Below are positions 1-8,851 of a stretch of DNA of 64,000 nt, one piece after another. Location of the stretch: positions 10,533 to 74,532 of the forward strand of contig JBEKQQ010000027.1 in assembly GCA_049519555.1 (NCBI GenBank), given 5' to 3'. The notes below the pieces were generated by a model. It ran no database searches, was not told where the DNA came from, and saw only the letters and a program-made list of their open reading frames with translations. The DNA comes from Acetobacteraceae bacterium (GTDB lineage Bacteria > Pseudomonadota > Alphaproteobacteria > Acetobacterales > Acetobacteraceae). The translations under genes and the position numbers were made by a program. How positions within the stretch are numbered: the stretch's first letter is position 1; each line of letters starts with the position of its first letter.

Positions 1-563
1 ATGGGCCCGGCCACATCGACGTTGATTTAGGCAGCCTTGGCGCCGACTGGTATACTGGAAACTGCCACAAATGGCTGTGTGCGCCGAAGGGTTGTGCGTT
101 TCTGTGGACATCTCCTGCACACCAGCCAGAGACCCGCCCGACGGTGATATCGCATGGCTTTGGCAAGGGCTACCTGCAGGAGTTCGACTGGACCGGCACA
201 CGTGATCCGTCCGCATTCCTATCGATCGGCGCCGCACTTGATTTCCACTTCCATTTGGGCGGTCCGGCGTTACGTCAACGCAATATCGATCTTGCCGCTG
301 AGGCCGCGTTACTTGTAGCACGCCGTCTGAACACCGAAACGCTCGCCACCAAGTGCACCGGAGCCATGCGGTTGGTCCGGTTACCCGTTGCATCGGGCAT
401 GGACTGGGCATCGCTGCGCGGCAAACTGCTGCAGGCCGGCACCGATGCGCCGGTGCATGCGATCGGTGGTGCCCTCTGGCTTAGATTGTCTGCCTTCGCT
501 TACAATGAACTGGAAGATTACGTGCGCCTCGCCGACATCGTCGCGCGCGTATTGCGGGAGTAA
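1..563 (+). CDS. Class V aminotransferase / isopenicillin-N-epimerase-like PLP enzyme, C-terminal part (5' end outside window)
   Basis: Frame 3 is open from the window edge. Translation from nt 9 reads GHIDVDLGSLGADWYTGNCHKWLCAPKGCAFLW (class V N-x-HKW PLP-lysine motif) and continues into track ORF 144..563. Confidence 0.8.
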   Translation, partial: GPGHIDVDLGSLGADWYTGNCHKWLCAPKGCAFLWTSPAHQPETRPTVISHGFGKGYLQEFDWTGTRDPSAFLSIGAALDFHFHLGGPALRQRNIDLAAEAALLVARRLNTETLATKCTGAMRLVRLPVASGMDWASLRGKLLQAGTDAPVHAIGGALWLRLSAFAYNELEDYVRLADIVARVLRE

Positions 564-568
564 GCGGC

Positions 569-1657
569 ATGAGCGTTGAATTCATCGGCATGATCCACCA
601 TCGCCAGGCGTCGGAAATCCATCCGCCATCCCCGATCGTGCTCGACCGCGGCTACATCCGAGAGTTCGCCCAGGCGGCGGAGGCCGGGGGATTCGATCGG
701 GTTTTGGTGGGATATTTTGCCGATGGGCCGGACGGCTTTCTGCTCGCCGCTGCCGCCGCGGCGCACACCGAGCGGCTGGGCTTTCTGGTCGCACATCGGC
801 CCGGCTACGTTGCCCCTACTCTGGCAGCGCGCAAGTTCGCAACATTGGACCAGATCACCGACGGGCGAGCGGCGATCCACGTGATCACCGGCGGCGACGA
901 CGCCGAACAGTTCCGTGACGGTGACACATTGACCAAAGAAGAACGCTACGAACGCACCGACGAATATGTCGGCATTTTAAAACGGATTTGGACCGAACCG
1001 GGCCCGTCCGTCGATCACGAGGGCAAGTTTTATCGTTTTAAAAACGCCTCGACCGCCATGCGCTGCGTGCAACAACCGCGCATCCCGATTTATTTCGGTG
1101 GCGCGTCGGATGCTGCGCTGCGCGTTTCCGCCAAACACGCCGACGTTTATGCGCTGTGGGGGGAAACTCACGCGCAGGTCAGGGAAATCACCGCCAGGCT
1201 GCGCGCCGAGGCCGCCCGAATCGGCCGTACCCTGCGGTTCAGCCTTTCATTCCGTCCCATCCTCGCCCCTACCGAAGACGAGGCCTGGGCTCGGGCGGAG
1301 CGTATCAAGCAAAAAATTCTCGAATTGCGTGCCAAAGCCGGGCTGGCAACCAGAGAACCGCCGAACGAAGGTTCCCGTCGCCTGCTGGCCGCCGCTGCCC
1401 AAGGTGAACGCCTCGACAAACGGCTGTGGACCGGTGCGGCATTGGCGACCGGCGCGCGCGGCAACACCACCAGTCTGGTTGGCACTCCGGAACAGGTCGC
1501 CGAGGCATTGTGCGATTATTACGACCTCGGCGTCACCACGTTCCTGATCCGCGGCTTTGATCCGTTGGAGGATAACATCGAATACGGCCGGCATTTATTG
1601 CCGTTGACCAAGAAGCTGATTGCCGAGCGCGACGCCTCACGCGCTGCTGCAGAGTAG
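569..1657 (+). CDS. LLM-class (luciferase-like) flavin-dependent monooxygenase
   Basis: 362 aa. Segments HRPGYVAPTLAARKFATLDQITDGRAAIHVITGG, IPIYFGGASDAA and SLVGTPEQVAEALCDYYDLGVTTFLIRGFDP are typical of SsuD-like LLM enzymes. Starts 6 nt after the previous stop. Confidence 0.8.
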   Translation: MSVEFIGMIHHRQASEIHPPSPIVLDRGYIREFAQAAEAGGFDRVLVGYFADGPDGFLLAAAAAAHTERLGFLVAHRPGYVAPTLAARKFATLDQITDGRAAIHVITGGDDAEQFRDGDTLTKEERYERTDEYVGILKRIWTEPGPSVDHEGKFYRFKNASTAMRCVQQPRIPIYFGGASDAALRVSAKHADVYALWGETHAQVREITARLRAEAARIGRTLRFSLSFRPILAPTEDEAWARAERIKQKILELRAKAGLATREPPNEGSRRLLAAAAQGERLDKRLWTGAALATGARGNTTSLVGTPEQVAEALCDYYDLGVTTFLIRGFDPLEDNIEYGRHLLPLTKKLIAERDASRAAAE

Positions 1658-3268
1658 ATACACGTCCCGCGCGGTTTGTTCGTCGATCCGGCCCTCAGCG
1701 ATATCACGCCTGACCAACGCGCGGTCGCGCGCCGCTGGCGAACCATGACCGCCCGCACCCGCAATGGTAATATCGATGATCTCGCCAGCCCGCAGCGCGC
1801 CATGGCCTTGCGCAAACGGCGCTGCGCCATTGCGTAACGTTACCTTTGCCTTGCCGCCGGGTTCGCCGCCATCAAGACCCCAGGGCGCCGACAGAAACCG
1901 AGCGCCATCGACACGCACCCGGCACGGTGCCTCGGCACGATAGACCCGGCGCAATCCCATCCCGCCACGCCACCGTCCCGCACCGCCGGACCCATCCACC
2001 AGCTCATACCGTAACAATGTCAGCGGATATTCTGTTTCCAGGGCCTCAACCGGCAGATTGGAGGTATTGGTCATATGGACATGCACGCCGTCCAACCCAT
2101 CCTTGGTCGGCCGCGCACCCGAACCGCCGCCAATCGTTTCCAGATACACCCACAGCGTATTGTCCTGTGGCTGATGACCCGCGAACGTAATCGAAAAGCA
2201 GGCACCATTGCTCGCCGCGGTCACCCGGTCGGGCACCGCCTGAGCCAGCGCGCCAAAAATCAAATCCACCACGCGTTGACACAAGCTGAGACGGCCGTTT
2301 ACCGCCGCGGGGTGCACGCAATTTACCACCGTGCCCTCCGGTGCCGTGACACGCAGCGGCCGCGCGAGGCCGGCATTCGGCGGGATTGTTGGATCAACCA
2401 CCGCCTTGACCGCGTAATAAACCGTCGAAAGTAGCGCCGTGTAGGTCATGTTGAGACCGGCTCGAATTTGCGGCGGTCCCTCGAAGTGCAGGTGCATCGT
2501 ATCGCCGGCAACGGTGATCGCGCATGTCACGTCGAATTCACCGTCGATTTCCGGGCAATCGTAGGTGTCGGCGAAGCGATAGGTGCCATCGGGGATCGCG
2601 GCGATCCCGGCGCGCATCTTCCGTTCCGCGTAATCTTGCAGCGCGGCTCCCGCAGCAAGCACAACGTCGCGTCCGTATTTCGCGCATAACGCACGCATGC
2701 GTTCCACACCCAAACGATTGGCAGCCATCTGCGCTCGAAAATCCGACAGCCGTTCGCGCGGGACCTGACAATTCAGCAAAATCAGTTCCTGTATGTCGGT
2801 CTGCAATTCGCCCGCCCGATACAACCGGACCGGCGGGATCCGCAGGCCCTCCTGATAGATATGCGCGTGTCCGCGATCTGCGAAATCCGCATGATGCGCC
2901 AGGTTCACGGCCCAGAATGTCATTTCGCCATCGACGAACACCGGCTCGGCGAGGACGATGTCGGGCAAATGCGTGCCGCCGCCCTCATAGGCGTCATTGC
3001 CACAGAACACATCGCCGGGTTGCATCTGCTCGCTCGGATGCCGTTTCATGATATGCGGGATCAGACCGAGAAAGCTGCCGAGATGCATCGGAATGTGCTC
3101 AGCCTGGCACAACGTGTTGCCCGCAAGATCGAACAACGCTGTTGAGCAATCGCGACGTTCCTTGATGTTGGTGGAATAGGAGGCACGCACCAGTGCCTCA
3201 CCCATTTCTTCGACGATCGAGGACAGCGCACTGCCAATGACCTCAACAGTGATCGGATCGATGTTCAT
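1637..3268 (-). CDS. hyuB: Hydantoinase B / oxoprolinase family protein
   Basis: 543 aa. N-terminus MNIDPITVEVIGSALSSIVEEMGEALVRASYSTNIKERRDCSTALFD is the canonical HyuB start. ATGA overlap with upstream hyuA (3265..3268). Confidence 0.9.
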   Translation of the reverse strand: MNIDPITVEVIGSALSSIVEEMGEALVRASYSTNIKERRDCSTALFDLAGNTLCQAEHIPMHLGSFLGLIPHIMKRHPSEQMQPGDVFCGNDAYEGGGTHLPDIVLAEPVFVDGEMTFWAVNLAHHADFADRGHAHIYQEGLRIPPVRLYRAGELQTDIQELILLNCQVPRERLSDFRAQMAANRLGVERMRALCAKYGRDVVLAAGAALQDYAERKMRAGIAAIPDGTYRFADTYDCPEIDGEFDVTCAITVAGDTMHLHFEGPPQIRAGLNMTYTALLSTVYYAVKAVVDPTIPPNAGLARPLRVTAPEGTVVNCVHPAAVNGRLSLCQRVVDLIFGALAQAVPDRVTAASNGACFSITFAGHQPQDNTLWVYLETIGGGSGARPTKDGLDGVHVHMTNTSNLPVEALETEYPLTLLRYELVDGSGGAGRWRGGMGLRRVYRAEAPCRVRVDGARFLSAPWGLDGGEPGGKAKVTLRNGAAPFAQGHGALRAGEIIDITIAGAGGHGSPAARDRALVRRDIAEGRIDEQTARDVYLLCSSA

Positions 3269-5304
3269 GCGGATTCCAAAATCAGATTGAGCCAGGGATC
3301 GACCCGAGCGGTCATGTCGGAGGGAACGTAGGTCGTTGCATCCATTTGTTCGACAATCGCCGGACCGCCGAAGCTATCGCCGGCTGCCAAACGATCACGG
3401 TCATACACTGCACAGGGCACGAAGCCGCCGGCCTCCTGCAGCCATACCGGCCGCAAGTCAGGGACAGCAGAGAAACCGCCGCCGGCGCTTTGCGTCAATG
3501 TTGCCTTTGGCACGATACCTATCGCTTCAACACGAAACGTAACCAATTGCACGGGCTCATCCTCCGCAGCGAACCCATAAAGCCGCCGGTGCATGGCGGC
3601 GAAACCCTCTGCCAGGGCGTCGATACTGTGCGGTCCGATTGGCCCATCGGGAAGTTGAACCGAAAGTTCATAGTTCTGGCCGCCGTAGCGCATGTCGACG
3701 GTGCGGTGGATGCGCTGGTTTGCCGCCGCAATGCCTTCACTTTCGAACCACGACCGGGCGCGGAGCGAAAGCGACCGGAACGCGTCCGCCATCTCAGGCA
3801 CTGCTGCCTGCTCCAGGGTCCGCAATCTGGTCACCGAGAAGTCAGCACGCAAGTCGGTCAACAACAGGCCCATTGCGCACAGCACCCCTGGATTGCGAGG
3901 CACCAAAACTCTTCCGATCTCCAACTCCTGAGCAAGACGCGCAGCATGCAAAGGCCCAGCGCCACCAAATGCAATCAAGGTGTAGTCGCGTGGATCATAG
4001 CCTCGTTGGACCGAAATCACCCGGATCGCCCGCACCATGTTAGCAGTCACCACCGACAGAATTCCCAGTGCAGTGGCCATCGGATCCAAACCCAATCTCG
4101 CCGCCAGTCCACCGATTGCCTCACGCGCCAGGTCGTGACGGATCGTCATGCGGCCGCCGAGTAGATAGCGAGGATTAAGCAAGCCGAGCAAAACATTGGC
4201 GTCGGTGACGGTCGGTTCCGTACCGCCAAGCCCGTAACAAACCGGGCCTGGATCGGCACCGGCACTACGGGGACCAACTTTAAGCAGGCCGCCGTCAATG
4301 TAGGCGATCGAGCCGCCCCCGGCACCAACGGTGTGAATATCCAGCATCGGCGCTTTAATCGGATAACCATGGACAACCGCCTCAGCGGCCAGACGACATT
4401 CGCCACCATTCAGCAACGCGACATCGGTGGAAGTCCCACCCATGTCGAAAGTGATCAGATCAGGGTAACCGGCAAGCCGCCCAACCTCTCGCGCGCCGAC
4501 AACACCTGTCGACGGACCGGACAGCACGGTACGAACCGGCAATCGTTCAGCTTGCTCGAAACTGATTACGCCGCCGTTGGATTGCGTCAGATGCGGCGTC
4601 GCGGGAACACCCAAACTCCGCAACCGCTTGCCAAGCCGTTGGATATACCCACGCATCACCGGGCCCAGGTAAGCGTTCACAACGGTTGTTGACAGACGTT
4701 CGAACTCGCGGAACTCCGGGGCGACATCGTGGGAAATGCTGATGAAAGCTTCGGGGAACTCCTCGTGCAGAATACGGGACGCGATCACTTCGTGCGCGGC
4801 ATTGATGAAGCCATACAGAAAACACACCGCGACCGCTGCAACATCTGCTGCGCGCAATCGGCGTACCGCAGCTCGGAATGCGACCTCGTCCAACGCCAGT
4901 TCGACCGAGCCATCGTGACGCAACCGCTCCGGCACTTCCAAACGCAAATCGCGGGACACCAGTGTCACCGGCTTGTCGACCATCAAATCGTACAAGTCTG
5001 GACGTTTTTGACGGCCGATCTCCAGCAAATCGCGGAAGCCGTCCGTCGTGATCAGCCCGATTCGGGCGCCTCGGTGCTGGATCAGTGCGTTGGTCGCGAC
5101 CGTCGTGCCGTGACCGAACCAGGCGACTGCGTCCGGCGTGCCGCCAACACGCGCAATCGCCTCAGCGACTCCGGTGGCAATGCCGAGTGACGGATCGTCT
5201 GGTGTGGAGCTGACCTTCCAAACCTCAATGCGGCCCGTCGCATCGTCGAACAGGCAAACATCGGTAAAGGTTCCGCCTGAATCGACGCCAACTCGCCACG
5301 CCAT
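3265..5304 (-). CDS. hyuA: Hydantoinase A / oxoprolinase family protein
   Basis: 679 aa. VGVDSGGTFTDVCLFD and FDMGGTSTDVALL are ASKHA-fold ATP-binding motifs. Translationally coupled to hyuB. Confidence 0.9.
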   Translation of the reverse strand: MAWRVGVDSGGTFTDVCLFDDATGRIEVWKVSSTPDDPSLGIATGVAEAIARVGGTPDAVAWFGHGTTVATNALIQHRGARIGLITTDGFRDLLEIGRQKRPDLYDLMVDKPVTLVSRDLRLEVPERLRHDGSVELALDEVAFRAAVRRLRAADVAAVAVCFLYGFINAAHEVIASRILHEEFPEAFISISHDVAPEFREFERLSTTVVNAYLGPVMRGYIQRLGKRLRSLGVPATPHLTQSNGGVISFEQAERLPVRTVLSGPSTGVVGAREVGRLAGYPDLITFDMGGTSTDVALLNGGECRLAAEAVVHGYPIKAPMLDIHTVGAGGGSIAYIDGGLLKVGPRSAGADPGPVCYGLGGTEPTVTDANVLLGLLNPRYLLGGRMTIRHDLAREAIGGLAARLGLDPMATALGILSVVTANMVRAIRVISVQRGYDPRDYTLIAFGGAGPLHAARLAQELEIGRVLVPRNPGVLCAMGLLLTDLRADFSVTRLRTLEQAAVPEMADAFRSLSLRARSWFESEGIAAANQRIHRTVDMRYGGQNYELSVQLPDGPIGPHSIDALAEGFAAMHRRLYGFAAEDEPVQLVTFRVEAIGIVPKATLTQSAGGGFSAVPDLRPVWLQEAGGFVPCAVYDRDRLAAGDSFGGPAIVEQMDATTYVPSDMTARVDPWLNLILESA

Positions 5305-5353
5305 GCCGCATCCTCGGTGGTCAACACACCCGAATCAGGATATCGTAAAGGCC

Positions 5354-6658
5354 ATGTCACCACCTGTCGACCTCGTTCAATCCGACCCGGATTTGCCGGA
5401 GCGCGTACGCGTCGTGGTGATCGGCGGCGGCATCATCGGAGTGTCGACAGCCTTATTCCTGGCGGAAAAAGGTCATTCCGTCGCGCTATGCGAAAAGGGC
5501 CGCATCGGCGGTGAGCAATCCAGTCGCAACTGGGGCTGGTGCCGCACCATGGGCCGAGACGTCGGCGAGATTCCACTGGCGATGGAAAGCCTGCGACTCT
5601 GGCGCGGCATGAATGAACGCACCGGCCGTGAGACCGGATTTCGTCAACCTGGCATCATGTATCTGTGTGACAACGAGCAGGAGGTCGCGATCCAGGAGGC
5701 GTGGCTGCATCAGGCGAGATTGTATCAGGTCGACAGCCGTTTGTTGCGTGGGCAGGAACTGGAAGCGGTGCTGCCAGGCGCCGGGGCCCGCTTCGTCGCC
5801 GGTCTGCACACCCCGACCGACGGCCGCGCCGAGCCCGCCCATGCCGCACCCGCCATCGCCGAGGCAGCGCGCGATCACGGTGCGAAGATTTTCACCAATT
5901 GCGCCGTCCGGGGCATCGATTTGCATAACGGACGACTTGTGGGTGTGATTACCGAACGCGGCAGGATCCGCTGCGATGCCGCGGTGCTTGCTGGTGGTGC
6001 CTGGTCACGGTTGTTTGCCGGCAATGCCGGTCTCGATCTGCCACAACTGAAAGTTCTTGGCTCGGTTTTCCGCACCGAACCGTTATCAGGAGGCCCCGAT
6101 ATCACCGCTTCCGGCTCGGTCTTCGCTTTTCGCAAGCGGCTCGATGGCGGCTATTCGATTGCAAGGCGCAATGCCAATACCGCCGAACTGACACCAGACC
6201 ATTTCCGTCTGCTGTCCGACTTCTTCCCCCGCCTACTGGCCAGCCGCCACGAAATCCGTTTGCGGTTAGGCAGTCGAACGTGGCAGGAACTACGCACCGC
6301 ACGTCGTTGGTCGCTCGATCAAACAACGCCGTTCGAGGCGGTCCGCGTCCTCGATCCAAAGCCGAAACAACGCGTCCTCGCGGAGGCACGGGAAACCTTA
6401 TCCCGCATTTTCCCCGTCTTCGCCTCCCTGCGAGTCGCCGAATCCTGGGCCGGCCTGATGGACGTTACCCCGGACGCGGTCCCGGTGATCGACGAGGTCA
6501 AACGCATCCCCGGCTTTTTCATCGCCACCGGCTTTTCCGGCCATGGCTTCGGCATCGGCCCAGGAGCGGGACGGCTGATGGCGGATTTGGTGGCGGGGGA
6601 TGCACCGGTGGTTGATCCAAAACCGTTCCGTTTGGACCGCTTCGCGCGCGCACGCTGA
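5354..6658 (+). CDS. FAD-dependent oxidoreductase (DAO / D-amino-acid dehydrogenase-like)
   Basis: The track ORF begins at 5138 but overlaps hyuA. The in-frame ATG at 5354 gives MSPPVDLV...RVVVIGGGIIGVSTALFLAEKGHSVALCEKG (Rossmann GxGxxG). Divergent from hyuA. Confidence 0.8.
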   Translation: MSPPVDLVQSDPDLPERVRVVVIGGGIIGVSTALFLAEKGHSVALCEKGRIGGEQSSRNWGWCRTMGRDVGEIPLAMESLRLWRGMNERTGRETGFRQPGIMYLCDNEQEVAIQEAWLHQARLYQVDSRLLRGQELEAVLPGAGARFVAGLHTPTDGRAEPAHAAPAIAEAARDHGAKIFTNCAVRGIDLHNGRLVGVITERGRIRCDAAVLAGGAWSRLFAGNAGLDLPQLKVLGSVFRTEPLSGGPDITASGSVFAFRKRLDGGYSIARRNANTAELTPDHFRLLSDFFPRLLASRHEIRLRLGSRTWQELRTARRWSLDQTTPFEAVRVLDPKPKQRVLAEARETLSRIFPVFASLRVAESWAGLMDVTPDAVPVIDEVKRIPGFFIATGFSGHGFGIGPGAGRLMADLVAGDAPVVDPKPFRLDRFARAR

Positions 6659-6660
6659 TA

Positions 6661-7572
6661 ATGTTCTGGTCCGGCAGCCATGCCCAACGCGGCATGTTCG
6701 CGTTCATTTGCTTTGTCTGGGGCACCACCTGGCTCGCCATGAAAGTGGGCATCGCATCGGTGACCCCTGGCATATTCGCCGGCCTGCGCTGGACCATCGC
6801 CGGCGCGGTCCTGTTGCTGATATTACGATTACGCGGCGAACGAGTCAGACCGCCGTTACGGTTCGTGCCGCGTTTGACGTTTGTCTCGGTGCTGCTGATC
6901 ACGTTGAACCAGGTGATCCAACTCTATGGCCTGAAATACATCACCGCCGGTCTTGCAGCTGTGATCAGTTCTGCATTGACGCCAATCTCGCTGCTCGGCT
7001 TCGCGGTGGCCTTTGGCCAGGAAGGCTTCACAAAGCGTCAGGTCGCCGCTCTGGCGATGGGGGCCATCGGTGTTTGCACCCTGTTTGGACCATCCGCTTT
7101 CGCCGGCACATTGCATCTGTCCGAGATCGGCGGAGCGCTCGGCGTCACCATTGGCTGTCTTTGTTACACCGCCGGATCCGTCATGACGCAGCCGATGATG
7201 CGGCACTTTGGCGCAGTGCAACTCGCCGGTCTGACCGACATGGTCGGCGGCATCGTCCTGTTATTTGCCTCACTCCTGTTGGAGCCGGGTGCCTGGGCAT
7301 CGATCGCTTTCCACTGGGGGTGGCCGGCGTTCCTGGCATGGCTATATTTGCTGATCCCGGGGGCATTGCTGGCGACAACGATGTATTTCCTGCTGGTCCG
7401 CGACTGGGGCGCCAGCAAGCCTGGTCTTTATGCGTTCATTTCCCCGGTCATTGCCGTGGTGCTCGGCGCCTGGCTGTTCGGCGAGCACCTGAACTGGGGC
7501 GATGCGGCCGGCATGACTCTGATGCTCGGCGCTGCCGGCCTTGCGTTGCGGCGTCCCGAAGTGGCACGGTGA
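6661..7572 (+). CDS. EamA/DMT family transporter
   Basis: 303 aa, about 10 hydrophobic spans. FICFVWGTTWLAMK start and two EamA-like halves. Confidence 0.75.
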   Translation: MFWSGSHAQRGMFAFICFVWGTTWLAMKVGIASVTPGIFAGLRWTIAGAVLLLILRLRGERVRPPLRFVPRLTFVSVLLITLNQVIQLYGLKYITAGLAAVISSALTPISLLGFAVAFGQEGFTKRQVAALAMGAIGVCTLFGPSAFAGTLHLSEIGGALGVTIGCLCYTAGSVMTQPMMRHFGAVQLAGLTDMVGGIVLLFASLLLEPGAWASIAFHWGWPAFLAWLYLLIPGALLATTMYFLLVRDWGASKPGLYAFISPVIAVVLGAWLFGEHLNWGDAAGMTLMLGAAGLALRRPEVAR

Positions 7573-7576
7573 TCTT

Positions 7577-8845
7577 ATGGCGACATTCCGATTCCTGCAT
7601 TGTGCGGACCTGCATTTGGACAGTCCGTTACGCGGGCTGGAAGCTGATCCTGACGCGCCTGTGGATAAAATCCGCGGCGCGACCCGTGACGCGCTGCAAA
7701 ACCTGGTCAACTTTGCGATCGAGCAGCATGTGGATTTCGTCGTCGCCGCCGGAGATCTTTACGACGGCGACTGGCAGGACTGGCGTACAGGTCGGTTTTT
7801 GCTCGACCAGATCAGGCGACTGACAGACGAAAACATTCCGTTCATTGCCATCCGCGGCAATCATGACGCTGCCAGCGTGATCACGAATAACCTACGGATG
7901 CCTGGTGAAGCGGCACGATTGCTCGATCACAGGCGACCGGAGACGTTCCGCCTGCCCGATTTGCAGGTCGCAATTCATGGGCAAAGTTTCGCCACCAGAG
8001 CCGTGACTGATAACATCGCGCGGACTTATCCGCCGCCGGTTCCTGGTTGGTTCAATGTCGGCGTGCTGCATAGCTCGGTGGGTGCGCGGCCGTTGCATGA
8101 CAATTATGCGCCCTGCTCGGTCGATGAACTCCGCTCGCACGACTACGACTATTGGGCGCTCGGCCATGTGCATGAGCGTGAGGTCCTGTCGGTCAATCCG
8201 TGGATCGTATTTCCCGGCAATCTGCAAGGCCGTCACATCAACGAAGCGGGACCCAAAGGTGCGACCGTCGTGACCGTGGCAGACCGCAAGGTCGTTGACG
8301 TTGTGCACCAATCGTTTGACACGGTTCGCTGGGCTCGCATCCCCGTCGTGCTGACGCAGGAAGTGGATGAGGATAGCGCGCTGACCCAGGTTCGTGGCGC
8401 CCTCGCCGCCTCGCTCGAGCAAGCGGAGGGGCGCCTGCTCGCTGCGCGCATCACATTGTCCGGCGCCTGTATTGCGCATGATTCGTTCGTCCGCGATCTT
8501 GGTGCAGCGCGCGAGAAGATTCGTGCCGAAGCTCTGGCACTGGCCGGTTCGGGCATGATTTGGACCGAAGCGGTCGACATCGCGACAACGCCTTTGATCG
8601 AGGTTGCGGCTGGAAAAATTCGCACCGATGCCATCGGTCAACTGCTGCGCGCGCTGGATAATATCGGCGACAGCGACATCATGGACGATGTTCGCAGTTA
8701 TGCGAGCGCGATGCTGGACAAAGCGAATCCGCTACGGGCTGCGATGGGCGAGCATCATGCCGCAACCAAGGCAGCAAATGGCGAAATTGCCGCAATCTTG
8801 CGACAGCGCGCGCAGGATTTGTTGCTTGGATCGCTGGACGAGTAA
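7577..8845 (+). CDS. Metallophosphoesterase, SbcD/Mre11-like DNA repair exonuclease (YhaO-like)
   Basis: ATG at 7577 gives MATFRFLHCADLHLDSPL, then AAGDLYDG, IRGNHD and ALGHVHE, the calcineurin-like phosphoesterase motifs I-IV. The track start at 7541 overlaps the EamA gene. Confidence 0.85.
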   Translation: MATFRFLHCADLHLDSPLRGLEADPDAPVDKIRGATRDALQNLVNFAIEQHVDFVVAAGDLYDGDWQDWRTGRFLLDQIRRLTDENIPFIAIRGNHDAASVITNNLRMPGEAARLLDHRRPETFRLPDLQVAIHGQSFATRAVTDNIARTYPPPVPGWFNVGVLHSSVGARPLHDNYAPCSVDELRSHDYDYWALGHVHEREVLSVNPWIVFPGNLQGRHINEAGPKGATVVTVADRKVVDVVHQSFDTVRWARIPVVLTQEVDEDSALTQVRGALAASLEQAEGRLLAARITLSGACIAHDSFVRDLGAAREKIRAEALALAGSGMIWTEAVDIATTPLIEVAAGKIRTDAIGQLLRALDNIGDSDIMDDVRSYASAMLDKANPLRAAMGEHHAATKAANGEIAAILRQRAQDLLLGSLDE

Positions 8846-8851
8846 GTCGCA

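Noticed and set aside
5138-5353. Upstream extension of the FAD oxidoreductase ORF
   Set aside because: It overlaps the hyuA coding region on the opposite strand. The Rossmann fold begins shortly after the ATG at 5354.
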